Below, piece by piece: positions 44,900 to 53,949 of a stretch of DNA of 64,000 nt. The stretch comes from a virus. Positions within the stretch are counted from its first letter, which is position 1; the number at the start of each line of letters is the position of its first letter. The notes under the pieces were generated by a model. It was not told where the DNA came from, ran no database searches, and saw nothing but the letters and a program-made list of their open reading frames with translations. The DNA lies in IMG/VR virus record IMGVR_UViG_3300036828_000247, positions 3,961 through 67,960 of that record; one strand, written 5' to 3'. Position numbers and translations under genes: made by a program.

Positions 44900-44973
44900 G
44901 GCGGAGTAGAGCAGCTCGGTAGCTCGGTTGGCTCATAACCAACAGGTCACTGGTTCAAATCCAGTCTCCGCCC
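44900..44973 (+). tRNA. tRNA-Met (CAT), CCA not encoded
   Basis: Cloverleaf GGCGGAG/CTCCGCC; D arm GAGC/GCTC; anticodon GTTGG-CTCATAA-CCAAC; T arm ACTGG-TTCAAAT-CCAGT. Confidence 0.92.
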
Positions 44974-44991
44974 CGAAGCCGCGTGCGCACA

Positions 44992-45050
44992 GGGGTGCCC
45001 GAGAGCGGCATGGATATGTGGGAATCAAAGCCTACCCGGGCACCCCACCC
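44992..45050 (+). ncRNA. tRNA-like mini-structure
   Basis: 10-bp GGGGTGCCCG/CGGGCACCCC stem + T-arm-like GTGGG-AATCAAAG-CCTAC, followed by ACCC. Confidence 0.35.
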
Positions 45051-45069
45051 TAACTGGGCGAGAGGAACG

Positions 45070-45339
45070 ATGGTGCATCCAATGACGCTTCCGACGATCA
45101 AGCTGGGCGTGCCCGCCAGGAAAATGCCCGAGAAGGCCCCGGCTGCTAAGCATGACAGCATGCACATGATGGAGGGCCTCCGGTACTGCTGGTGTCGTTG
45201 CCGTAACTGCTGGAACCCCTCCTTCCCCGCTCAGGGTCACCTCACCGGCTTCTGTATCTGCCCCGAGTGCCCGTGCCGCAACGAGACAGCCGAGGCCATC
45301 AGTGCGCTCAAGCTTGGCCGTGGGCGGCATGGCCACTGA
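45070..45339 (+). CDS. Cys-rich small protein
   Basis: CWCRCRNC...CICPECPC. Confidence 0.5.
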   Translation: MVHPMTLPTIKLGVPARKMPEKAPAAKHDSMHMMEGLRYCWCRCRNCWNPSFPAQGHLTGFCICPECPCRNETAEAISALKLGRGRHGH

Positions 45340-46336
45340 TACCGGAAACCTCCCGGTCATTACCACGACCGAGCGGAACACCGTCAAGACGTGCCCTCAG
45401 AAATGGTGGTGGCGCTTCCGGGAGGGGCTGGTGCCTAACGGTGAGGTAGCCGATGCCCTGTGGTTTGGGACCGGCGTTCACATTGCGCTAGCCGAGTGGT
45501 ACCTAAATGGCTACAAGCGCGGGCCGCATCCGGCCGATACGTTTGAGGCCTGGGCCGGCGACGAGATGCGTGAGATCCGAGCCCAGCTGACCGAGCGTGA
45601 CGCTGAGTGGTATGACGAGCCGAAGTACATGGACGCCGTGGAGCTCGGCATCGCTATGCTGGAGAACTACGTCAACACGTACGGCAAGGATCCCGGCTGG
45701 CAGATCATCGCTATTGAGCAGCCGTTCAACGTCAAGGTCACTAGCCACGGGAAAGCCATCGCCTGGTTCTTCAGCACGTTCGACGGCGTGATGCGCAGCA
45801 AGGACGACGGCCGCATCTACCTCATTGAGCACAAGACCGCTAGCCAGATTGACCTGGCGTACCTGGAGCTTGACGATCAGGCTGGTGGCTACTGGGCCGT
45901 AGCAACGGCCGTCCTTCGGGGCATGAAGGTGCTCAAGCCCAATGAGGAGATCGCAGGCATCGTCTACAACTTCCTCAGGAAGGCCAAGCCCGACCCCCGG
46001 CCGCGTAACGCCGATGGGGCATACCTCAACCTGAACGGTGAGGTGAGCAAGAAGCAGAGCTCACCCCCGTTCGTGCGCCACACGGTTGAGCGGAACCAGG
46101 GCGAGCTCAGGTCGCAGATGCAGCGGCTGGCAGACGAGGTCACCTGGATGAACGCGATGCGGGACGGGACGATGCCCGTACTCAAGTTCACCGGCCGCCA
46201 CTGCGCCCGGTTCTGTGACTACTTCAACATGTGCAAGCTTCATGAGAACGGTGGCGATGCCTGGCTGGAGCTAGCCGATTCCCTGTACACGAGACGTTCA
46301 CCATACGACAGATACCAGAAGTCTGCGAGCGAATGA
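45329..46336 (+). CDS. Cas4/RecB-like PD-(D/E)XK exonuclease with probable 4Fe-4S cysteines
   Basis: TCPQKW, FGTGVHIAL, FDGV...IEHKT, HCARFCDYFNMC. Confidence 0.85.
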   Translation: MATDTGNLPVITTTERNTVKTCPQKWWWRFREGLVPNGEVADALWFGTGVHIALAEWYLNGYKRGPHPADTFEAWAGDEMREIRAQLTERDAEWYDEPKYMDAVELGIAMLENYVNTYGKDPGWQIIAIEQPFNVKVTSHGKAIAWFFSTFDGVMRSKDDGRIYLIEHKTASQIDLAYLELDDQAGGYWAVATAVLRGMKVLKPNEEIAGIVYNFLRKAKPDPRPRNADGAYLNLNGEVSKKQSSPPFVRHTVERNQGELRSQMQRLADEVTWMNAMRDGTMPVLKFTGRHCARFCDYFNMCKLHENGGDAWLELADSLYTRRSPYDRYQKSASE

Positions 46337-46737
46337 TGAGAATTTACCTGGCTGCATCCTGGGCCCAGAAGAAAACCATGTGCGACGTAGCCGACCACCT
46401 GGCTGCGCTCGGGCACGAGGTTACCAGCCACTGGATCCGCTCCGTCGAGCCCGTGGGGATGGACGGCCCGGCCGTGGAGGCGGACGAGGAGAAAGCCATT
46501 GACGGGGCCATCCGTGACCTGCTGGATATCGACAAGGCCCAGCTCGTGGCCGTGTTCACGGGTGTCCCGAGTAGCACCGGAGGGCTCCACGTCGAGTACG
46601 GCTACGCAATCGGACAGGGCAAGCCCATCGCGATTATCGGCCCGAGGCCAAACGTGTTCTATGCGCTGAGCCGAGCCAGTCACTACACGGATGCGGGCCA
46701 GTTCTTTGACTGGCTCTGGGATTTCAAGGAGGACTAG
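46333..46737 (+). CDS. Nucleoside 2-deoxyribosyltransferase-like nucleotide N-glycosidase
   Basis: IYLAAS, DLLDIDKAQL, STGGLHVEYGYAIGQGKPI. Confidence 0.8.
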   Translation: MMRIYLAASWAQKKTMCDVADHLAALGHEVTSHWIRSVEPVGMDGPAVEADEEKAIDGAIRDLLDIDKAQLVAVFTGVPSSTGGLHVEYGYAIGQGKPIAIIGPRPNVFYALSRASHYTDAGQFFDWLWDFKED

Positions 46738-47568
46738 ATGCCAGCAGCAGCTAAGCGGGGCCAGCGGACCACCCGCGCCAAGACCCACTCCCAGGAGAGG
46801 GAAAACCCAACTGGGATCGAGGTCACCCCGGTCTCCATCGAGATTGAGTCGCTCGGGGCTACCAACCCCAGCATCAACTGGCTGATCTACGGCCCGAGCG
46901 GCGTGGGCAAGACCATCGTAGCGGGCGGAGCGCCCAACGCCTACTTCCTGGATACCGAGCAGGGCACCGTGAGCGCCAAGCGGGCCGGGAGCAAGGCTGG
47001 GCTGATGCGGGCCCCCGACTGGGAGCACGTCGTGGCTGCGGCCACCGTGGCCAAGGAGAAGCTCGGCCCAGAGGATTGGCTGATCGTCGACAGCCACACC
47101 AAGGGCCAGATCCTCTACATGCGGTGGCTCCTCCGGATGCGGAATGCGGAGAACGCATCCCGGGACCTTGACATCCCGGCAATCCAGGACCACCAGAAGT
47201 GGCAGAATGGCTTCACGCGCTGGACCGATGAGATGGTGGCCGCCCAGTTCAACACGATCTTCATCTGCACGGAGATGTACAAGACCGATTCCGAGGGCGA
47301 AGACATCGTGCTGCCGGCAATCACCGGCAAGGACTACGCCATCTGTAACTACATCAGGGCGCAGATGGGTATCGTTTCCTGGTACAACATCTCCGGCCCG
47401 GCCAGCGAGGCCGCCGGCGAAACGATCCGCAGGATGCTGTTCCAGCCCTATCCGCCGTACGTGGCGAAGGACCGCTACAGCGTGTTCGGCAACCACCAGG
47501 ACGTTCACGAGGGTGAGTTCGGGGTGATGGCCGAATTCATCGATATGATCAGGGATTCCATCAGGTAA
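46738..47568 (+). CDS. AAA_24/Sak4-like ATPase (recombinase)
   Basis: IYGPSGVGKT, LDTEQG, LIVDS, AKDR. Confidence 0.8.
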   Translation: MPAAAKRGQRTTRAKTHSQERENPTGIEVTPVSIEIESLGATNPSINWLIYGPSGVGKTIVAGGAPNAYFLDTEQGTVSAKRAGSKAGLMRAPDWEHVVAAATVAKEKLGPEDWLIVDSHTKGQILYMRWLLRMRNAENASRDLDIPAIQDHQKWQNGFTRWTDEMVAAQFNTIFICTEMYKTDSEGEDIVLPAITGKDYAICNYIRAQMGIVSWYNISGPASEAAGETIRRMLFQPYPPYVAKDRYSVFGNHQDVHEGEFGVMAEFIDMIRDSIR

Positions 47569-47617
47569 GGTAGGTCGTACATCCCACAGACCGGGACTAC
47601 CGGGCAAGGAGAACAGC

Positions 47618-48376
47618 ATGCCAAGGCTCAAGGTAACAGAAGGCTTCGACATCGATGAACTGGAGAGCGCAGAGTTCACCGAGGACGGAACGCCCAGGGA
47701 AGACTATGAGGGCGAGATCCCGCCGTCCGATCTCATCCTGGCCGGCTACATCAAGAAGATGTGGTTCACCTACACCGCTGCTAAGGCAGACGGTACCGGC
47801 GAGGACCCCATGCTCAAGATCCTGTTCGTCGCAGAGGGCAACGAGGATGATGACGAGCTCGCGGAGTACGAGGGCTGCCCGTTCTGGGACAACTACCCGC
47901 TGATCACCAGCGCCAAGTTCAAGTGGGCACCGTTCCTGCGCAACTTCGGCCTCAAGCTCACGGACGTCCTGGGGCCCAAGTCCAAGCTGTACGTCGAGGA
48001 CGATGACGACAACAACGGCGCTCCGATCGAGAAGATCGCATCCCTGGTGCCCGGCGATGACGAGTCGTCCTGGTGCCGGATCGTCACGGCCCGGGAGAAG
48101 TACCAGGGCAACTGGCAGGCCCGCGTCGGCCAGTGGCTCCCCTTCGACGCGGCTGACGATCAGTCCGAGAACGGCAGCGAGCCCGATGAGCCCGAGGAGC
48201 CCGCTACCCCGGCCCGGGGCCGTGGCGCTAGGACGGCCGCTAAGCCGACGGCCGCCAGGGCCACACCTACCCGTGGGGGCCGGGCTGCCAAGGCCGCACC
48301 TGCCAAGGCAGCCGCGCCAGCGCGTGGCCGTCGGGGAGCCCGCGCGGCCGGCGACGACACCGAGCCTCCGTTCTAG
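47618..48376 (+). CDS. Single-stranded DNA-binding protein-like
   Basis: Follows the Sak4-like gene; acidic, ends DDTEPPF. Confidence 0.65.
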   Translation: MPRLKVTEGFDIDELESAEFTEDGTPREDYEGEIPPSDLILAGYIKKMWFTYTAAKADGTGEDPMLKILFVAEGNEDDDELAEYEGCPFWDNYPLITSAKFKWAPFLRNFGLKLTDVLGPKSKLYVEDDDDNNGAPIEKIASLVPGDDESSWCRIVTAREKYQGNWQARVGQWLPFDAADDQSENGSEPDEPEEPATPARGRGARTAAKPTAARATPTRGGRAAKAAPAKAAAPARGRRGARAAGDDTEPPF

Positions 48377-48463
48377 CCCACCTCCCCTGAGCGGACCGGC
48401 CCGGCACCCCGTCGCTGGGCCGGTCCCCTGAGGGAAGGAACCGGGCGAGACAAGGAGAGAACA

Positions 48464-49240
48464 GTGCGCGTAGCAATTCTTGGGTGTGGGCCAGCCGGGC
48501 TCGTGGCCGCGTTCGCGGCCGAACGGACCGGGGCCCAGGCTCACATCTTCAGCAAGCCCCGGAAGAGCGAGATGTTCGGAGCCCAGTACCTTCACGAGCC
48601 GATCCCGGGCATTCCGCCCGGCGTGCCCCAGGAGATCAGCTATCAGCTCCGCGGGAGCCAGGATGACTACCGTCTCAAGGTCTATGGCCCAGGCTACTCC
48701 GGCCCGGTCAGCCCGGGCACGCTGGAGGAGGCGCACGCTGCCTGGGACATCCGGCACACCTACGATCAGCTGTGGAACATCTACGGGCCGTCCGTCGTGC
48801 CCGCCGATATCAGCCCGGCCTGGATCACGAGCAAGATCCTGATTGGGTTTGACACCGTCATCAGCACAGTCCCGCTCCCGGTGATATGTGAGAACGACCA
48901 CCACCGTTTCGTGTCCCAGGAGATAGCAGCACTGGGTGACGCTCCCGAGCGGGGTCAGTTCGTCCCGGAGGATCTCCCCGAGGGCACCGTGATCTGTAAC
49001 GGGCTCCGGCACCCGTCGTGGTACCGGGCCAGCAAGATCTTCGGGCACGCCACCCTAGAGTGGAGCGACGCCAACGGGGCCATGGCGCCAGCCAACGCAT
49101 CCCGCGTCCGGAAGCCGCTGAGCACAACCTGTGACTGCTGGCCTACCATCGCCCGGACCGGCCGCTATGGCCAGTGGAAGAAGGGTGCTCTGGTCCACGA
49201 GGCTTACCGCGCGACCATCGACCACATCGCAAGCCTGTGA
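48464..49240 (+). CDS. FAD-dependent oxidoreductase (UDP-galactopyranose mutase/HemY-like)
   Basis: VAILGCGPAGL, DTVISTVPL, GRYGQWK. Confidence 0.75.
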   Translation: MRVAILGCGPAGLVAAFAAERTGAQAHIFSKPRKSEMFGAQYLHEPIPGIPPGVPQEISYQLRGSQDDYRLKVYGPGYSGPVSPGTLEEAHAAWDIRHTYDQLWNIYGPSVVPADISPAWITSKILIGFDTVISTVPLPVICENDHHRFVSQEIAALGDAPERGQFVPEDLPEGTVICNGLRHPSWYRASKIFGHATLEWSDANGAMAPANASRVRKPLSTTCDCWPTIARTGRYGQWKKGALVHEAYRATIDHIASL

Positions 49241-49881
49241 CCGATATGACGATCCGGACTACCATGCCCCGGCCGGTCGTGGCCCTAGACATTGACGGGA
49301 CCCTCGGGGATTACCACGGTCACTTCACCCGGTTTGCCCAGGAGTGGACTGGGCGTGAGATGCCCGACCCAGCCGACATCAACCCGGCTCTGCCGTTCCA
49401 CAGGCACCTCGGGATGAGCAAGGCAACCTACCGGCAGTGCAAGCTGGCCTATCGGCAGGGCGGCATGAAGCGGAGCATGCCGGTGTACCCGGGTGCGGCC
49501 GACATGATTCGTGACTTCCGGCACGCCGGAGCCAAGGTCTGGTTGTGTACCACACGGCCGTATCTCCGGCTTGACAACATCGACCCTGACACCCGGCACT
49601 GGCTCCGCCGGAACCACGTCCAGTTTGACGGACTGCTCTACGGCCCGAACAAGTACCGGGATCTTGTGAAGCTGGTGCCGGCCTTTTCGGTCGTGGCCGT
49701 CCTGGACGACCTAGTTGACCTGGTTTACCAGACGCATAAGCTGGGGCTTAACGGATTTGTCCGGGATCAGCCTTACAACCGTTACCCTGCTGATCTTCCC
49801 CGGGTCAGTGATTTCACGGACGACCCATGGCGCAAGACGATGCTTGCCGTAATAGAGACGGCAGATAGGTGGCTGAAATGA
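49237..49881 (+). CDS. HAD-family phosphatase (5'-nucleotidase-like)
   Basis: VALDIDGTL, LCTTRP, VLDD, QPYN. Confidence 0.8.
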   Translation: MTDMTIRTTMPRPVVALDIDGTLGDYHGHFTRFAQEWTGREMPDPADINPALPFHRHLGMSKATYRQCKLAYRQGGMKRSMPVYPGAADMIRDFRHAGAKVWLCTTRPYLRLDNIDPDTRHWLRRNHVQFDGLLYGPNKYRDLVKLVPAFSVVAVLDDLVDLVYQTHKLGLNGFVRDQPYNRYPADLPRVSDFTDDPWRKTMLAVIETADRWLK

Positions 49882-50597
49882 AGGTCTGGGTAATTGGCGG
49901 TACCTCGGGGATCGGGGAGGCTGTGGCTAACCGCTGCATGTACGCGAATGACGAGGTGATCTCTACCGGGGCCGCTGAGGTGGATGTCCGGGAGCAGGAC
50001 GACATCGAGGGCTTCTGGCGGGAGGTCGGAGGGTTTGAGGGCATCGTCTACTCGGCAGGCATCAACACGCTGAGCTGGATCAGGGACCTAGACCCGGACG
50101 AGGCGATGGACATTATGAACGTCAACGTCATGGGATTCATGCGGGTGCTCCAGGTCGTCACCGATATCGCAGTGCCGATGCCGCTCCCGCGTCGTTCCGG
50201 CTACATGAGCCGGCTCGGGCCGCCGATGCTCCGGTCTGTCGTGGCAGTCAGTAGTGACGCCGCTACCCGGCCGATGCGGACCAGCATGGCCTACTGCGCC
50301 AGTAAGGCTGCACTCGATATGGCTGTGCGGTGCGCCGCCCGCGAGCTTGCGCCGTTCATCCGGGTCAACGCAGTCTCGCCCGGCATGATCGACAACACCG
50401 GGATGACAGAGTACATTGACCGGACCGTCCCGAAGATCAGGGACTGGACCCCGGAGCACGCAGACAAGTACGAGCGGTCCCAGTGCCCGGCCGGTAGGCG
50501 CGGCATGCCAGCCGAGGTAGCTGACCTTGTCTTCAACACCCTCAGGGGGCCGGAATACCTAACCGGCTCCATCATCACGATGAATGGCGGCAGATGA
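49878..50597 (+). CDS. Short-chain dehydrogenase/reductase
   Basis: GGTSGIG, YCASKAAL, VNAVSPG, YLTGSIITMNGG. Confidence 0.9.
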   Translation: MKVWVIGGTSGIGEAVANRCMYANDEVISTGAAEVDVREQDDIEGFWREVGGFEGIVYSAGINTLSWIRDLDPDEAMDIMNVNVMGFMRVLQVVTDIAVPMPLPRRSGYMSRLGPPMLRSVVAVSSDAATRPMRTSMAYCASKAALDMAVRCAARELAPFIRVNAVSPGMIDNTGMTEYIDRTVPKIRDWTPEHADKYERSQCPAGRRGMPAEVADLVFNTLRGPEYLTGSIITMNGGR

Positions 50598-51172
50598 TGG
50601 CTGAAGAACTGTGGTGGGGCAAGCCACCAACACACAAAGGCGAGAAGGAAGTTCTGGCGTACTTCCAGAAGTTGGGTATCGGTAAGCACAGACAACGTGA
50701 CAGAATTGCGCGCGAACTCGATATGCCAAGGGATTCCGTGTCGAGCTATGCTTCTGTGTTGTGTAGGACAGGATGGCTCCTTGGTCATAAGCAGGAAGAA
50801 CACCACCTACCGGGGTGGTATTCCCTCAACAGACCCCCGACCGAGGACAAGTTGAATGTGGTACGCCGTGACAACAGCGCAGAAGGTACCGTGAGCACGG
50901 TTCTCAGCGACAAAACGCTGATGGCCATCCAGGACGAGGCGACCAGGGCACACCTGCTTCACCGGTCCAACTCAATGCTCAACCCGGATATTGAGGGTGG
51001 CGATGACAGGCGTCTGGCTATCCTGGCCGAGGAGTTTGGCGAGGTGGCCCGGGAGCTCAACGATGCCAGGGTTGAGCATCGCCTAGTTGACATCGACAAG
51101 CTAGTCAAGGAACTGGTCCAGACGGCCGCAATGGCAGCCAGCTGGGCCGAGGTCCGGGACGGGAAGTCATGA
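50594..51172 (+). CDS. HTH-like domain fused to a MazG-like NTP pyrophosphohydrolase
   Basis: ILAEEFGEVARE...KELVQTAAMAASW. Confidence 0.7.
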   Translation: MMAEELWWGKPPTHKGEKEVLAYFQKLGIGKHRQRDRIARELDMPRDSVSSYASVLCRTGWLLGHKQEEHHLPGWYSLNRPPTEDKLNVVRRDNSAEGTVSTVLSDKTLMAIQDEATRAHLLHRSNSMLNPDIEGGDDRRLAILAEEFGEVARELNDARVEHRLVDIDKLVKELVQTAAMAASWAEVRDGKS

Positions 51173-52059
51173 GCGGCGAGATGGAGCGGTGGGCTGACGA
51201 GGCGATGTACCTTGCCGAGCCCGATAACAGCGCTGAGGTCTTCGGGCACGTTGAGCCGTGCGTGACGCTGGTGAGCATGACGGCCAACCCGCTCCGGGTG
51301 ATGGCGAGCGCAACCGAGCTCTACCGGGGCCGCGTCGTGCGCCGCCCGGACGAGATCTCGCGGGAGACGGCCGAGAACTGGCTGACCGACATGACCCGGA
51401 CCACGCTCAGCGCGGGGCTGGAGTTCATTGATCTCCACTTCCTGATCGAGGGGGTTACCCGGGCATTCACGCATCAGCTAGTTCGGCAGCGGACGGCCGT
51501 GTTCGTCCAGGAGTCGCAGCGCTTCGCCGTCAAGGCCGACGCGCAGTGGGAGGTGGCGATGCCGCCGACGATCGCAGCTCTGGCCGACGATGACCCACGC
51601 CGCGTCCGGTGGGCCGAGGCCGTGATCGACGTAACTCATGCCTACAACGCTCTCGTTAGCGCGGGCGTCCCGGCCGAGGACGCGCGTAGCCTCCTGCCGA
51701 CCAACATCACAACCCGTATCCACTACAAGACCAACCTCCGGAACCTCGCCGACCATGCAGGGATGCGGCTGTGCTCTCAGGCTCAGGCCGAGTGGAAGAA
51801 CGTCTGGGCCAGGATGATCCACGCCATCCAGAGCTACGGCCCTATCGAGGAGCGCTGGCAGCAGGAAGCAATCGGCCGCCTGTTCAAGCCGGTCTGCTTC
51901 CTCACCGGGAAGTGTGAGTTCATGGCCGCTACCGATCGCTGGTGCGCAATCCGGGAACGGGTGGAAGCACACCACGCGGCCGGGGACCCGGTCGCAACCT
52001 GGGTCGACATCGACCCAATGGAGCCGCTCCGTGAGGGCGCAGCAAGGAGGGCATCATGA
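51169..52059 (+). CDS. thyX: Flavin-dependent thymidylate synthase homolog (RQR variant motif)
   Basis: HQLVRQRTAVFVQESQRF, EDARSLLP, RLCSQAQAEW. Confidence 0.85.
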   Translation: MSGEMERWADEAMYLAEPDNSAEVFGHVEPCVTLVSMTANPLRVMASATELYRGRVVRRPDEISRETAENWLTDMTRTTLSAGLEFIDLHFLIEGVTRAFTHQLVRQRTAVFVQESQRFAVKADAQWEVAMPPTIAALADDDPRRVRWAEAVIDVTHAYNALVSAGVPAEDARSLLPTNITTRIHYKTNLRNLADHAGMRLCSQAQAEWKNVWARMIHAIQSYGPIEERWQQEAIGRLFKPVCFLTGKCEFMAATDRWCAIRERVEAHHAAGDPVATWVDIDPMEPLREGAARRAS

Positions 52060-52484
52060 CATCTAGCGTTGACCGGTGCGCCCGCTGTACCGTCGTGCGG
52101 CGCTCGCACGATCCGTCCGATCACCCGTTCATCGAGTCCGACCGGGAGAAGGACGTTGACGCGGCGCACGAGTTCCTGGAGCGCTGCTGCCTGACCCCGA
52201 CCCCGGACGCGGTGGATCAGCTAGTGGATGCAATCCTCCCCGCTCTCCGGATCATGTGCGAGCGCGGGTATGACCCGGAGGGAGGAAGCTGGCGCGAGTC
52301 CGGCTGGATGGGACAGATGGCCGAGATCCGGAAGCGTGCCTCACGGCTCGTTCACCACAGCTGGCGACACGGCCGGTTCGACTTCGGGGACGCAGTTGAC
52401 ATGATCAACTACTGCGGATTCTACCTCCGCCTGGAGGGCAAAGGCAAGCCCTGGGGCGAGTGGGGCGAGCCCGGAGACGGGTGA
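52056..52484 (+). CDS. Nucleotide-modification-associated helical domain (DUF1599/Nmad1-like)
   Basis: GYDP...W...GWMG...IRKRASRL...DMINYCGF. Confidence 0.55.
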   Translation: MTSSVDRCARCTVVRRSHDPSDHPFIESDREKDVDAAHEFLERCCLTPTPDAVDQLVDAILPALRIMCERGYDPEGGSWRESGWMGQMAEIRKRASRLVHHSWRHGRFDFGDAVDMINYCGFYLRLEGKGKPWGEWGEPGDG

Positions 52485-52633
52485 ACTGGTTTTTGAATTA
52501 CCAGCTTGACCAGGGAAAACTCACTGCAGTCTTTCAATGGGTCATTGTACCCGGGAGAGGGTAAGTGGCCACAGAGGACAATGCAGGGCCGTGCAGGGGC
52601 TAGCCCGGTTTATACCGATTCTGGAGAAGCGAG

Positions 52634-53014
52634 ATGTGCTGCTGGACTCACGAGAACGTCACCGAGGCCACCGCGCCTCAGCACGAGGAGTGGCGCTGCC
52701 GGTGTGGATACGGCTTCGCCCAGTGCCATCGGCAGGCCACCCGGGAGGACCTGCTGTGTGACATCTGCGGCGGCCGGGAGAAGTGTCCTCCTCAGCCCGA
52801 ACCTCTGTACCGGACCGAAGCTAGCCGAGGCATGATGCAGATCATAGACGAGTCATGGGAGAGGCTGCCGCCCCGGACCCCGGAGCAATACGGGTGGACG
52901 CCTTCCGGTGAGATTCCGGACTGGTACCGGAGGCTGGCGGCCGGCGAGATCAAGTTCGATATCAAGGACATCAAGAACATGCCGAAGGACTGGCCCCCGA
53001 AGCCGGAGGCATGA
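52634..53014 (+). CDS. Cys-rich hypothetical protein
   Basis: CRCG...QCHRQATREDLLCDIC; ATGA coupling. Confidence 0.5.
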   Translation: MCCWTHENVTEATAPQHEEWRCRCGYGFAQCHRQATREDLLCDICGGREKCPPQPEPLYRTEASRGMMQIIDESWERLPPRTPEQYGWTPSGEIPDWYRRLAAGEIKFDIKDIKNMPKDWPPKPEA

Positions 53015-53949
53015 TGGACTTCGCAAACCTCCACGGGCACACCACGTTCAGCTTTGGTGACGGCTTCGGGACCCCGGCCCAGCACTTCCAGCGCGCGGCC
53101 GAGCTCGGCTATACGGCTATGGCGGTGACCGAGCACGGCAACACCTCCTCTCACTTCCAGGCAGAGAAGGCTGCGAAGAAGGCAGGCATCAAGGCGGTCT
53201 TCGGACTGGAGGCCTATACCGGGCCGACCAATATTGAGGGGTCCCCGGCCCGGAGCCAGTGGAAGCATCACCTCACAATCCTGGCGGCAGATGATGAAGG
53301 GTACAGGAACCTCAACAGGATCGTCACGCAGAGCTACATCGACTTCCATTACCATCCAACAGTTGGTGGACGATCCCTGGCGGAGCATGCCGAAGGTCTG
53401 GTTGTACTCTCTGGCTGTTCCGGCTCGCAGCTTGCTTGTGCGCTCCTGGGCGGCAAGGGCACACCGGAGCATATTGACGATCCGGATTTCGAGGCCGCCA
53501 GAGCGGTGATTGAGAAGTTCGTTAATATCTTCGGGGACAACTACTATCTGGAGGTTCAGCCGTTCTACGAGCTTCCTCGTTCACGCGCCATGAATGCGGC
53601 ATACACTGTGCTGAGCCAGGACATGGGCGTGCCGCTCGTGGTGACGCATGACGTCCACTACCCGGCGATGGCGGACGCTGAGATGCAGGCCGTGCTTCAC
53701 GCGGTCCACCGGGGAAAGGCGAGCGTGGACGATGCTATGCGTGAATGGAATTACGAGGTACCCTTGACGCTACCCGCGTCCGATGATGAGCTGCTTGCCA
53801 GGCTCCTCAGGACCGGCATCAACGAGTGGTCGGCCCGGTCCGCTATCGAGACTAGCGGCGCCATCGCTGACCGGTGCAACGTGACGCTCCCGAGGGCGGA
53901 CCGGCTGCGCTACCCGGCCACAGAGGAGGACATGGAACCATGGGTATGA
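53011..53949 (+). CDS. dnaE: DNA polymerase III alpha, stand-alone PHP domain
   Basis: LHGHTTFSFGDG, AVTEHG, GLEAY, HLTILA, THDVHY. Confidence 0.9.
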   Translation: MMDFANLHGHTTFSFGDGFGTPAQHFQRAAELGYTAMAVTEHGNTSSHFQAEKAAKKAGIKAVFGLEAYTGPTNIEGSPARSQWKHHLTILAADDEGYRNLNRIVTQSYIDFHYHPTVGGRSLAEHAEGLVVLSGCSGSQLACALLGGKGTPEHIDDPDFEAARAVIEKFVNIFGDNYYLEVQPFYELPRSRAMNAAYTVLSQDMGVPLVVTHDVHYPAMADAEMQAVLHAVHRGKASVDDAMREWNYEVPLTLPASDDELLARLLRTGINEWSARSAIETSGAIADRCNVTLPRADRLRYPATEEDMEPWV

